This document shows positions 50,063 through 58,385 of a stretch of DNA of 64,000 nucleotides, piece by piece. The notes below the pieces were generated by a model. The model searched no databases. It was not told where the DNA came from and was given only the letters and a program-made list of their open reading frames with translations. Source of the stretch: an uncultured Planctomycetales bacterium (GTDB lineage: Bacteria; Omnitrophota; Gorgyraeia; Gygaellales; Profunditerraquicolaceae); contig CAYRUB010000001.1 of assembly GCA_964427405.1 (NCBI GenBank), positions 80,752 to 144,751 on the forward strand. The letters are read 5' to 3'. Numbering within the stretch: the first letter of the stretch is position 1; each line of letters begins with the position of its first letter. The position numbers and the translations under genes are program-made.

Positions 50063-51430
50063 TTAAAAATCCACCTGCGCCCTTAAGCCTCCTACAAATA
50101 TGCCGTTTGTGTTACCTGCAATATCCTTGCCATACGGGTTCCAGATATACTGGATATCAGGGCTAACGGAAAGATGATCATTTACATGTATCTTGTAATA
50201 CGCTTCCAGATGTCCTTCTGCTTTTGCTTGAAAATCCGCGTTGGCTTTCTTGTAGTCATCCGAAGGTATTACCTGGCCTACGGCAAAAGCCAACACGTCT
50301 TTCTCTCTGCCCCAAGGCTTGCCTTCAACTTGAAAACCAGCACTCCAGGCCTGCTCCAGGGAATAGTTAGAGCCATCGGTTGCGGTTAATTCAGGATTAT
50401 AAACCTTTGGGTTCTGCCAGCCGTAACGGGCAAAGAAAGTAATGATATCATTGGCCTTCTGGTCAAAACTGAAACCAAAACCATAAGCGCCCTCTTTATC
50501 CTTCTGGCTATCCAGCCACTTGGTATGGTTAACATTGTTATTCCAGCCGTAAAACCGGTAATTACCAGGGAGGTTTAAGAAATTAGTCTTAAAATGCGCC
50601 TGTCCGATATTAAATAAACTATCTCCAATATCCTCCCAACTGCTGCTTCCGTCAAAAACTCCATAGCCCAATTCTAACCATTCAACCGGTAGATAGGCAA
50701 AACGGACTCCGGCGCCGTTATCCGGGAATTCAACCGTCGGAGAATTGCGGAATATCCTGCCTAAGAATTGAGTGGTTTCATCATTAGCAACCTCATTCTG
50801 GTCAAAATAAACCGTCGGATCAAGCTTACCAAAAGTAACGGCAGCTTTATTCTTGAAAAGGTCCTGTTCATACCAGAACTCGGTGAGTTCGACTTTAGCA
50901 TCACTGTCACCGGCATCCCGATTAACGTTACTGTATAGAGTAAGATTATCTTCTAAGCCCGCGCCTTGTCCGGCTTCAAGGTGGACAAATGCCCTGCCGC
51001 CTATTTCCTTGAATTCCTTGGATAGAGTTACATCCGCGGAATACGAGGCGTCCGCGCGGCCCTCCTTCTGCGTTGAGCCGTCACGGTAATTGGTATTATC
51101 AGCCCCCTGTACAATCATCGTGCCTCCTGCCCCAAGCTCAAGACCCTCCATAAGTTGCATGGAAACTCCCGGAACGCGGTGAAGGTTTTCTTCAAACTGC
51201 GAGAATTTACCCTCGTATTCATTGATTTTTGCCTGCTGGGACTGCATTGCCGAATCTTGCCCCTTGATATAAGAATCCTGATCGGATATTTTTTTCTCAA
51301 GCGCATCAACGCGTGACTGAAGCTTCTTGAGCATACCCGCCATATCGCCGTCATCGGCAAACGCAGACAGGCATAAACTAAAAACAACCCCAACAATAAG
51401 AAATATACTACACGCCCTCTTCAATAACAT
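50063..51430 (-). CDS. Outer-membrane porin (OprB-like) with N-terminal coiled coil
   Basis: Signal peptide, ~60-aa coiled coil, beta-strand-rich body, C-terminal ...GGLRAQVDF. Confidence 0.5.
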   Translation of the reverse strand: MLLKRACSIFLIVGVVFSLCLSAFADDGDMAGMLKKLQSRVDALEKKISDQDSYIKGQDSAMQSQQAKINEYEGKFSQFEENLHRVPGVSMQLMEGLELGAGGTMIVQGADNTNYRDGSTQKEGRADASYSADVTLSKEFKEIGGRAFVHLEAGQGAGLEDNLTLYSNVNRDAGDSDAKVELTEFWYEQDLFKNKAAVTFGKLDPTVYFDQNEVANDETTQFLGRIFRNSPTVEFPDNGAGVRFAYLPVEWLELGYGVFDGSSSWEDIGDSLFNIGQAHFKTNFLNLPGNYRFYGWNNNVNHTKWLDSQKDKEGAYGFGFSFDQKANDIITFFARYGWQNPKVYNPELTATDGSNYSLEQAWSAGFQVEGKPWGREKDVLAFAVGQVIPSDDYKKANADFQAKAEGHLEAYYKIHVNDHLSVSPDIQYIWNPYGKDIAGNTNGIFVGGLRAQVDF

Positions 51431-51463
51431 CTCAACCTCCTTCTGATATGAAAAACATTGATA

Positions 51464-51559
51464 TTATTTCTTTCTGCCCTGTGGACGCTTATTCCTGTCT
51501 TCTGCTTTACATTTGCATAAACTGCCGCAATTACCTTTGCATTTACACCGTTTATCCAT
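51464..51559 (-). CDS. Cys/Lys-rich 31-aa micro-protein MDKRCKCKGNCGSLCKCKAEDRNKRPQGRKK (own call)
   Basis: GGAAGGAGGCGGU-AUG strong SD; below track length cut-off; metallothionein-like CKCK spacing; directly upstream of porin gene. Confidence 0.35.
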   Translation of the reverse strand: MDKRCKCKGNCGSLCKCKAEDRNKRPQGRKK

Positions 51560-51756
51560 ACCGCCTCCTTCCCAAATTAACCATCTTTTAATATAGCTTT
51601 TAACCCCTCATCCATTAACCTAACAGAGGCATCCTGCACCATTCTTGAGAAACTCAAAAAAGAAAAATCATCAAAATGCAAAGATACACCGCGAACGTTA
51701 ACATGTATAATCCCGCCCAAGCATTTTACTTTTATCCATCTTTCCTCCTCTCCAAC

Positions 51757-51796
51757 AAAAAAATCCAGACGCCTGTTAACAATAGGGTTCTGGATT
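51757..51796 (-). terminator. Rho-independent terminator after the Com-like gene
   Basis: Minus-strand sense: AUCCAGAACCCUAUUGUUAACAGGCGUCUGGAU followed by UUUUUUU. Confidence 0.45.
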
Positions 51797-51837
51797 CAAG
51801 ATCTCTGACCGCTTTTAAACTTTTTATCTATCTGCCG

Positions 51838-52020
51838 CTAAACCGCATTATCCTCCTTGGTAAGATAATTAACCATCAACTCCTCAAACTTTATCAGATG
51901 CATCCTTTTGCACCGCGGGCATTTGAATTCGTAACCATCTTTGGTCTTTACCAGATAAAGCCTGCCGCAATCGCAGCGAACCTGATTTTCCTCTTTATTT
52001 AACTGGTTTAAATTCCGCAT
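51838..52020 (-). CDS. Com-like C4 zinc-ribbon protein (60 aa)
   Basis: CDCGRLYLV...EFKCPRCKRMHLI resembles phage Mu Com (EIRCPRCKRHII). Confidence 0.4.
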   Translation of the reverse strand: MRNLNQLNKEENQVRCDCGRLYLVKTKDGYEFKCPRCKRMHLIKFEELMVNYLTKEDNAV

Positions 52021-52094
52021 TCTTACCCTGCTCCGTAAAAACCCTGATAAAATTTACACATATCGCCATGGTATATCCTTTTTTGTCGGCTGTC

Positions 52095-52433
52095 TCAAAA
52101 CATTGACGAAAGAAAAGAAGCTGCCTTAACCCCTGCCAAAACAAAAAGCGCTATAACAAAAGTCTCAAATCCCGCTTTCCAGCCTATGCCTCCCATTGCC
52201 AATGCCGCCAACAAATCAGTCGTTACGGCAAGCGCCAGCGCCGCCCATAATCCCCATTGCTTAAAAACAATTGTCATCAAAACGATTAGAGGAAGCGCTA
52301 TAAGCGTACCAATTACTGAAACAAGCACCAAATTAACATGAGTTGCCCTGGCAATAACGCTAGTTATGCCTGCCATGCGCGGGCATACGATAAAAAATGC
52401 GTACGCTATAGACGCTACAATTAAATGATTCAT
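52095..52433 (-). CDS. Hypothetical membrane protein (112 aa from MNHL start)
   Basis: Three or four predicted TM helices; ATG overlaps stop of the upstream mini-ORF (AUGA). Confidence 0.4.
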   Translation of the reverse strand: MNHLIVASIAYAFFIVCPRMAGITSVIARATHVNLVLVSVIGTLIALPLIVLMTIVFKQWGLWAALALAVTTDLLAALAMGGIGWKAGFETFVIALFVLAGVKAASFLSSMF

Positions 52434-52609
52434 GGTTTCTTGTCTCCCTCCCTTGCGACATTGCTGTTTTTCTTGCAGGAACATACATTTTTATCAGAAT
52501 TGCCGCATCCTAAACAAGGAGAATCATCTTCTTTGATAATTCGTAACAGGCGCCAGGCAAGAAGCAATATGCTCGCCAAAACAACCGCGATAATAATTAT
52601 CCTCTCCAC
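52430..52609 (-). CDS. FeoB-associated Cys-rich small membrane protein (own call, GTG start)
   Basis: MERIIIIAVVLASILLLAWRLLRIIKEDDSPCLGCGNSDKNVCSCKKNSNVAREGDKKP: one TM helix plus C-terminal Cys cluster; begins 4 nt after feoB stop. Confidence 0.45.
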   Translation of the reverse strand: MERIIIIAVVLASILLLAWRLLRIIKEDDSPCLGCGNSDKNVCSCKKNSNVAREGDKKP

Positions 52610-52612
52610 TGT

Positions 52613-54700
52613 TTATCCTCCGAGTCCCAATAGCCTGCCACCTTGATATACGACAAAGGACGCAACCCAAGCCATCACTGTTGTCCAGAATATCAAAAAC
52701 AGCGTCCATTTGGCGCTCGGCCCGGATTCACGGTAGAAAACCGCCATTGCCACAAAACAAGGTAAATAAATCAGGCAAAACACCAGGAAAACAAAAGCCT
52801 TGAGCGGGTTCCAGGAAGGATCGTTTTGCAAGGCCTCTTTTAACGGCTCCGTCTCCTCCGGGTCAACCTCTCCTAAACTGTAAATTGTTCCCATTGTGCT
52901 TACCACAACCTCTTTTGCCGCAACACCTGCCATCAACGCGACTCCGCCTCTCCAGTCCATGCCAAGCGGCCTGACAGCGGGTTCGACAAACTTACCAATC
53001 CTGCCGGCATAGCTCTGTTCCATCTGCGCGGAAGCCGCTGCTTCCTCGCTCATTCCCTCTTTTGGCTCTATTTCCGGAAAAGTGAAACCCGCCCAGATGA
53101 TTATGGAAATAAGCAGGATAATCGTTCCGGCTTTCTTTATATAAAGCCAGCCCCTTTCCCACATCTTTAATAATAAACCCTGGATCGTCGGGATGCGGTA
53201 AGGCGGAAGCTCCATGACAAAATGCGATGTCTCCCCCTTAAAGACGGTCTTTTTCAAAATCCAGGCAGAGCTAAAAGCTATAGCAACGCTTAAGGCATAC
53301 ATTAAAAACATCATATTTGCCCCTTGTTCTGCCGCAAAGAAAGCCCCGATAAACAAAGCAAATATCGGAAGCTTTGCCCCGCAGATCATAAAAGGGGTGA
53401 CCATCATGGTAATCAACCTGTCTTTTTTATTATCAAGCGTGCGCGAGGCCATAATCCCCGGCACAGCGCAGCCGTTAGTTGAGATCATCATCGGCAGGAA
53501 AGATTTGCCGTGCAGGCCGAACTTATGCATAATCCTGTCCATGACAAAAGCGGCGCGCGCCATATAACCCGAATCTTCAAAGAAGGCGATAGCAAAAAAC
53601 ATAAAAAGCACCAGCGGGAAGAACCCCAATACCCCGCCTACGCCGCCGATTAAGCCGTCAACAACAAAAGACCGGGTCAAGCCTTCCGGAATAACGCCGG
53701 AGAAGAATTCTCCCATTTTCTCAAATAATTTTTCAAGCCATCCCACTACCGGCTCGGAAAATGTGAAGGTAAACTTGAAAATTCCATACATCACAGCGGC
53801 AAAAATAGGCAGCCCCAAGAAACGATTCAGCACGACTTTATCAATCTTGTCAGAAAGATCATGCCTTTCTTCTATGGTCCGGCTTTGCGCCTCGGTGCAT
53901 ACCCCGCTGATAAACCCGTATCTTTTGTCCGCGATGATCACTTCCGGGTCATCGGAAAAATGTTTTTTAAGATGGTTCCTGCTTTTTTCACCTTGCAAGA
54001 TAATCTCCGGGCCAGCAGGTAACTGCGCGATAGATTTCATTACCCAAGGATCGTTTTCCAAAATTTTTACTCCCAACCATCCTATAGGGTATGTAACTAA
54101 AAAGCCTGGTTCTTTTTTAAGAAGCGCAGATACATTCTCGAGCTCTAATTTAATCTCTTCCCCATAATCAACGCCTATCTTCTCTATATTGATTTTCCTA
54201 TCATAAAGATCAACCAGCGTATTCAACAATTCATCCATGCCTTTATTCTTGCTGCCAACCGTAGGGATAACCGGCTTACCTAATAAACGAGAAATCCCGG
54301 CATAATTAATCTTGGAGCCTCTCTTTTCCACAATATCGCTCATATTCATTGCCAGGATCACCGGGACTTCCAGCTCCTGCAACTGTGTATATAGGTAAAG
54401 GTTCCTTTCAAGGTTAGAAGCATCAACAATATGGATAACCATATCCGGTTTTTCTTTAACAAGAAAATCGCGCGCCACAATCTCGTCTTCCGAATTCGCA
54501 GACAAACTATACGTCCCCGGAAGATCAACAAAGGTTATCTCGTAGTCTTTATAAACAATTCTCCCCTCTTTTTTCTCGACTGTAACGCCCGGGTAATTAC
54601 CCACATGCTGATGCGCGCCGGTTAAGTTATTGAATATTGTTGATTTTCCCGAGTTGGGGTTTCCTGCCAATGCCACTGTCAACCTGCCTTTTATCTCCAT
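52613..54700 (-). CDS. feoB: Ferrous iron transporter FeoB
   Basis: G domain ALAGNPNSGKSTIFNNLTG, Gate motifs, multi-TM permease. Confidence 0.9.
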   Translation of the reverse strand: MEIKGRLTVALAGNPNSGKSTIFNNLTGAHQHVGNYPGVTVEKKEGRIVYKDYEITFVDLPGTYSLSANSEDEIVARDFLVKEKPDMVIHIVDASNLERNLYLYTQLQELEVPVILAMNMSDIVEKRGSKINYAGISRLLGKPVIPTVGSKNKGMDELLNTLVDLYDRKINIEKIGVDYGEEIKLELENVSALLKKEPGFLVTYPIGWLGVKILENDPWVMKSIAQLPAGPEIILQGEKSRNHLKKHFSDDPEVIIADKRYGFISGVCTEAQSRTIEERHDLSDKIDKVVLNRFLGLPIFAAVMYGIFKFTFTFSEPVVGWLEKLFEKMGEFFSGVIPEGLTRSFVVDGLIGGVGGVLGFFPLVLFMFFAIAFFEDSGYMARAAFVMDRIMHKFGLHGKSFLPMMISTNGCAVPGIMASRTLDNKKDRLITMMVTPFMICGAKLPIFALFIGAFFAAEQGANMMFLMYALSVAIAFSSAWILKKTVFKGETSHFVMELPPYRIPTIQGLLLKMWERGWLYIKKAGTIILLISIIIWAGFTFPEIEPKEGMSEEAAASAQMEQSYAGRIGKFVEPAVRPLGMDWRGGVALMAGVAAKEVVVSTMGTIYSLGEVDPEETEPLKEALQNDPSWNPLKAFVFLVFCLIYLPCFVAMAVFYRESGPSAKWTLFLIFWTTVMAWVASFVVYQGGRLLGLGG

Positions 54701-54701
54701 T

Positions 54702-54926
54702 CTATTCCTCCCTGATGATTATTTTCTGGGCTAATCCATGCCCAATAGATATTTTAGAACCTTTTACGCAAATCGTAACCGGGCCGGCCCCGCTATTATG
54801 CAGCATCGTTAACCTCTCCCCCGGCAGGAGCCCGAGCTCGGCTAATCTATGGCTGGCGCCCTTGCCCCCATGGATAAAGACGATTACCCCGGCACTTCCG
54901 GAATTTATATCGCATAAGCTTTTCAT
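54702..54926 (-). CDS. feoA: FeoA (SH3-like) protein
   Basis: 74 aa, LAELGLLPGERL..., FeoA fold. Confidence 0.75.
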   Translation of the reverse strand: MKSLCDINSGSAGVIVFIHGGKGASHRLAELGLLPGERLTMLHNSGAGPVTICVKGSKISIGHGLAQKIIIREE

Positions 54927-54928
54927 AT

Positions 54929-55177
54929 TCAGATAACCTCGATAGTAACCTGTTTTGCCTCTTCTTTTCTTAAAGACAGATTGTAACCTTTAATTCTTAT
55001 TTCCACCGGATCCCCCAGCGGAGCCACCCTGATCACCTCAAGCTCGCTTCCCGGGACAATCCCCATATCAAGCAGTTTCTTTTTGAGTTGTCCCTGAGCG
55101 GTAATTTCCCTGACCTTGCCTTTATTACGCGCTTTTAAATCACTCAATACCTTAACCTGGCTCATAAACCCTCCCAT
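54929..55177 (-). CDS. feoA: FeoA (SH3-like) protein, second copy
   Basis: 82 aa, LLDMGIVPGSELEVIRVAPLGDPVEIRIKGY. Confidence 0.75.
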   Translation of the reverse strand: MGGFMSQVKVLSDLKARNKGKVREITAQGQLKKKLLDMGIVPGSELEVIRVAPLGDPVEIRIKGYNLSLRKEEAKQVTIEVI

Positions 55178-55235
55178 TCCTTTAATAAACAGATAAGTTA
55201 GACAAGCCTAACTTATGAAATAAAAAAATTCTCCC

Positions 55236-55697
55236 TTATTTCTTCTTTAAGGCTGCCCGGCGCATATTACAATTCAATCTTTTTCCTGTTTTTAAATAAT
55301 GTTTGAAGCTTTTTAACCATTGGGGGGCTTCTCCATCCAATCCCATTTCCACAAACCGGGTAAACTTCGTCAGCCTGTTAAAAGTCGAGGGGCTTATGGC
55401 GTGTTCAATTTTGCAGGCATCGGCTTGTGCGGTTTTTCCATCTATCCCTAAGATTCTGGACAAAAACTGAAAAACCGTATCATGCCGCTCCTGAACGCCT
55501 CCTGCTATCTTCTTCCCTTCCTTAGTCAACTCCACAACACTGTATCTTTCATGCAAGATAAGGTTACTTTTGGCAAGAGTAGCCAACGCGGCATTAACGC
55601 TGGGCTTTTTAACCTGCAAAAGCTTGCCGATATCACTTACCCGGGCAATGCCTCTCTCTTTTTTCAGAAGAGCTATTGCCTCCAGGTAATCTTCCAT
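55236..55697 (-). CDS. DtxR/MntR-family metal-dependent repressor
   Basis: MEDYLEAIALL...ARVSDIGKLLQVKKPSVNAALATL HTH; start moved to M16. Confidence 0.8.
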   Translation of the reverse strand: MEDYLEAIALLKKERGIARVSDIGKLLQVKKPSVNAALATLAKSNLILHERYSVVELTKEGKKIAGGVQERHDTVFQFLSRILGIDGKTAQADACKIEHAISPSTFNRLTKFTRFVEMGLDGEAPQWLKSFKHYLKTGKRLNCNMRRAALKKK

Positions 55698-55757
55698 ATT
55701 AGAGCTTATTTTTTTTGTGACTGTTTTCATTTTAACCCTCAAATCTTACCGAAAAGC

Positions 55758-55781
55758 ATATGTTAGATAAGACTAACATAT
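55758..55781. promoter_or_regulatory. Palindromic candidate DtxR-family operator ATATGTTAG-ATAAGA-CTAACATAT
   Basis: 9-bp perfect inverted repeat with GTTAG/CTAAC cores reminiscent of IdeR/DtxR boxes, ~60 nt upstream of dtxR start, overlapping predicted promoter. Confidence 0.4.
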
Positions 55782-55842
55782 TTATTTCTTTTGTCAAGAA
55801 GATTTTTATAAAAAAATTATTTGGAGTACGGGGAAGGCAATT

Positions 55843-56328
55843 TTATGGCAGTAACAACCTTTTAGGAGAAGTTGGTTTATTCTTGAAATGTTTCTCTATC
55901 CAGCCGTTTCTTACATCCTTTCTGGAATCGAAGTGTTCTACATACGGCTTGATATCCAGTAAAGGCGTATTATCCAGGATATCAACCTCTGAAAAACTTA
56001 TTACGTTCCTTTCGACCTTTTTCAACCTCACGATAGAAAATCCGAGATGGTTAGGGCGATGAGGACTTCGTATGGCAAATATACCATGTTCCTTATCTTC
56101 TAGGAACGGCTTTGCGATAAGTTGCTCTTTCTTTGAGCGGTTAAAATAATAAACCAAAATAAGGTGCGAAAACCCTCCAATGTCTTTTAATCCTGTCTGA
56201 TACTCAGGGAACAGCTCAACTTTTCCATTAATGCCTTTCTTAAACTTGCCCTGGATAGGTATACCCTTGGACCCTTTATAAGGCGTACGGATTATTCCTA
56301 TAGGCTTGATTTTGATCTCTTTTTTCAT
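55843..56328 (-). CDS. tsaA: TsaA/YaeB-family SAM-dependent methyltransferase
   Basis: KPIGIIRTPYK...IPIQGKF..., YaeB beta-barrel signature; start trimmed to MKKEIKIK. Confidence 0.7.
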   Translation of the reverse strand: MKKEIKIKPIGIIRTPYKGSKGIPIQGKFKKGINGKVELFPEYQTGLKDIGGFSHLILVYYFNRSKKEQLIAKPFLEDKEHGIFAIRSPHRPNHLGFSIVRLKKVERNVISFSEVDILDNTPLLDIKPYVEHFDSRKDVRNGWIEKHFKNKPTSPKRLLLP

Positions 56329-56329
56329 T

Positions 56330-56650
56330 TCAGAAAGTGACAACCTTATCGCTCTCCTTAACAATCTCATACATATCCTTCATAGTTGAAATCGGGCACA
56401 TTTCCGAACCTTCCTGCTCCCGAGATTTGATACAACTTCCGCACGCGTAAATCTTGCCGCATCCCTGCATGAATTTCTCAGCCTGCTCAACAGTATTAAA
56501 TTTCTTCGTATTGACCTTCAAATACTCCACGCCCTTGCCCATAAAAAAGCTTTTAACTTCATCCTTCTGCCCTAAACAAAAATTCGCATATCGCAAGGCG
56601 TTCCAACAGGTTTCCGCGTCATTACTTGAAATTATTACACCTATTTTCAT
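56330..56650 (-). CDS. DsrE/DsrF/TusD-like sulfur-relay family protein
   Basis: MKIGVIISSNDAETCWNALRYA, YACGSCIKSR Cys motif. Confidence 0.55.
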   Translation of the reverse strand: MKIGVIISSNDAETCWNALRYANFCLGQKDEVKSFFMGKGVEYLKVNTKKFNTVEQAEKFMQGCGKIYACGSCIKSREQEGSEMCPISTMKDMYEIVKESDKVVTF

Positions 56651-56728
56651 TTTATCCTCCCGGGTTAAATAATACCTTACACTTACCACTTTTTTCGTCA
56701 ATATGCAATATTTTCTTAGGATGGGAAC

Positions 56729-57139
56729 CTAACTATTTATGCTTTTAAATAATTTAGCTATAGTAAGCTGCATCAATGCATCATTTAACCGGGATTCGAT
56801 CTTTCTCATTTCTCGCATTAACAAACATTTCTCAGGATTAGGACAGATATCTTTCTCAAATAAACAACTAAAGATATCTGTATCAAACCGGAAAATATTT
56901 ACTATATCTATAATACGTATTTTATCCGGCATGATATTCAACATAAAACCGCCGCCACTCCCTTTTAAAGACTTTAACATTCCCCGCCTACTTAACACCT
57001 GCAGAATTCTTCTTAAAAAAGCCCTGCGCATATTTAACTTCTTCACCAGCTCATTTACAGAAACTACCCTATCAGGATCCCTGGTAAAATAAAGCAGCGA
57101 CTTAATTGCATAATGGATATTTTTAGTAACTAGCTTCAT
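56729..57139 (-). CDS. Rrf2-family (IscR-like) transcriptional regulator
   Basis: N-terminal wHTH, three-Cys cluster CLFEKDICPNPEKC. Confidence 0.8.
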   Translation of the reverse strand: MKLVTKNIHYAIKSLLYFTRDPDRVVSVNELVKKLNMRRAFLRRILQVLSRRGMLKSLKGSGGGFMLNIMPDKIRIIDIVNIFRFDTDIFSCLFEKDICPNPEKCLLMREMRKIESRLNDALMQLTIAKLFKSINS

Positions 57140-57140
57140 A

Positions 57141-58385
57141 TTATTTATAAATTCTTAATGCACAAAACTCATCTCCGCACATAGAACAACCACCTTCTCT
57201 TAATCTTGGGCTTTCGCTAAGCAGTTCCCTGAATTTTCTCCCGTCAATGGCATATTTTGACATCTTAGCCCAATCAAAATTCTTCCTTGCCTTTGACATT
57301 AATCTATTCTGCAAGATTGATTTTTTATTTCCCCGGGCGATATCAGCGATAGATGCGGCAATCTTTGTAATCACGACCCCCTGGCGAACATCTTCAGCAT
57401 CCGGCAACCCAATGTGTTCTTTAGGCGTAACATAACAAAGGAAATCCGCCCCAAAATAACCGGCCAAAGCTCCTCCTACGCTGCAAGCGATATGATCATA
57501 TCCTGCGGCTGTATCTATAGGAAGAGGGCCTAAGACATAAAAAGGCGCTCCATGGCAAATTTTCTTTTCCAATTCCACATTCTTTTTTATTTCATTTAAA
57601 GGAATATGCCCCGGGCCTTCTATGATTACCTGCACCCCTCTATCCCTTGCTTTCATGGCGAGATCACCTAAAACCCTTAACTCATAAATTTGAGCCCTAT
57701 CGGTTGAATCCGCGATACAGCCCGGTCTTAACCCGTCGCCTAAACTTATGACAACATTATATTCCCTGGCTATATCTAAAATCTCATCGAAATACTCATA
57801 GAGAAAATTTTCTTTCTTATTCTTCGCCATCCAATCCAACAAAAAAGAACCTCCCCTTGACACTACCGGTATCAACCTTCTTCTAACCATGCCTAAAGAT
57901 GCCTTTGTAATACCGGCATGAACCGTAACAAAATCAACGCCGTCTTTTGCGTGACGCTCAAAAACCCTAAGGTAATCTTTTATTGTCATATTTTCGGGGC
58001 TAGCTGATTCAACAACCGTCTGATAAATAGGCACTGTTCCCACGGGTTGCGGGCAATTTTTAATAATGGTATTGCGTACTTTATCTATATCAACAGAATT
58101 ACCGGCTACGCTTAAATCCATCACTGCGTCAGCTCCCGCTTCTATAGCAGCTTTAAGTTTTCTCAACTCTTTTGCTAAATTAAAATCTGCTGAAGAAGCC
58201 CCGATATTAGCATTAACTTTTACTCTTAAATCTTTACCTACGCCGATATGTTTTATACCTTGATGGTTTTTGCTGCCCAGGATAACTATCGTGCCTTTCG
58301 TAAAATTTCTCTTTAATAAACTAATATGGATACCCTCTTTCGCGGCTACGCAGGATAATATTTTATCATTTATCTTCATAAGCAA
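57141..58385 (-). CDS. thiC: ThiC-family radical-SAM enzyme (HMP-P synthase; paralog BzaF not excluded)
   Basis: NANIGASS, VPIYQ, LGDGLRPG, IEGPGHIPL, C-terminal CSMCGDEFCALRI. Confidence 0.75.
   Translation of the reverse strand: MLMKINDKILSCVAAKEGIHISLLKRNFTKGTIVILGSKNHQGIKHIGVGKDLRVKVNANIGASSADFNLAKELRKLKAAIEAGADAVMDLSVAGNSVDIDKVRNTIIKNCPQPVGTVPIYQTVVESASPENMTIKDYLRVFERHAKDGVDFVTVHAGITKASLGMVRRRLIPVVSRGGSFLLDWMAKNKKENFLYEYFDEILDIAREYNVVISLGDGLRPGCIADSTDRAQIYELRVLGDLAMKARDRGVQVIIEGPGHIPLNEIKKNVELEKKICHGAPFYVLGPLPIDTAAGYDHIACSVGGALAGYFGADFLCYVTPKEHIGLPDAEDVRQGVVITKIAASIADIARGNKKSILQNRLMSKARKNFDWAKMSKYAIDGRKFRELLSESPRLREGGCSMCGDEFCALRIYK

Noticed and set aside
51115-51396. 93-aa ORF overlapping the porin N-terminal region
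   Set aside because: Out-of-frame overlap with the porin signal peptide and coiled coil; Arg-rich junk translation.
51645-51660. HAIR-like motif CTTGAG-AAA-CTCAA in the porin leader (and CTTGAG-N5-CTCAAG at 44410-44428)
   Set aside because: The arms match the HspR HAIR half-sites but the spacing (3 or 5 nt instead of 7) does not; one copy is simply the inner stem of a terminator.
52524-52709. 61-aa minus-strand ORF overlapping the feoB 3' end
   Set aside because: Overlaps the feoB C-terminus out of frame; the alternative GTG-initiated FeoB-associated Cys-rich ORF in the same region has a recognisable family signature.
53214-54167. Plus-strand ORFs (117 and 134 aa) inside feoB
   Set aside because: Antisense to a well-supported feoB reading frame.
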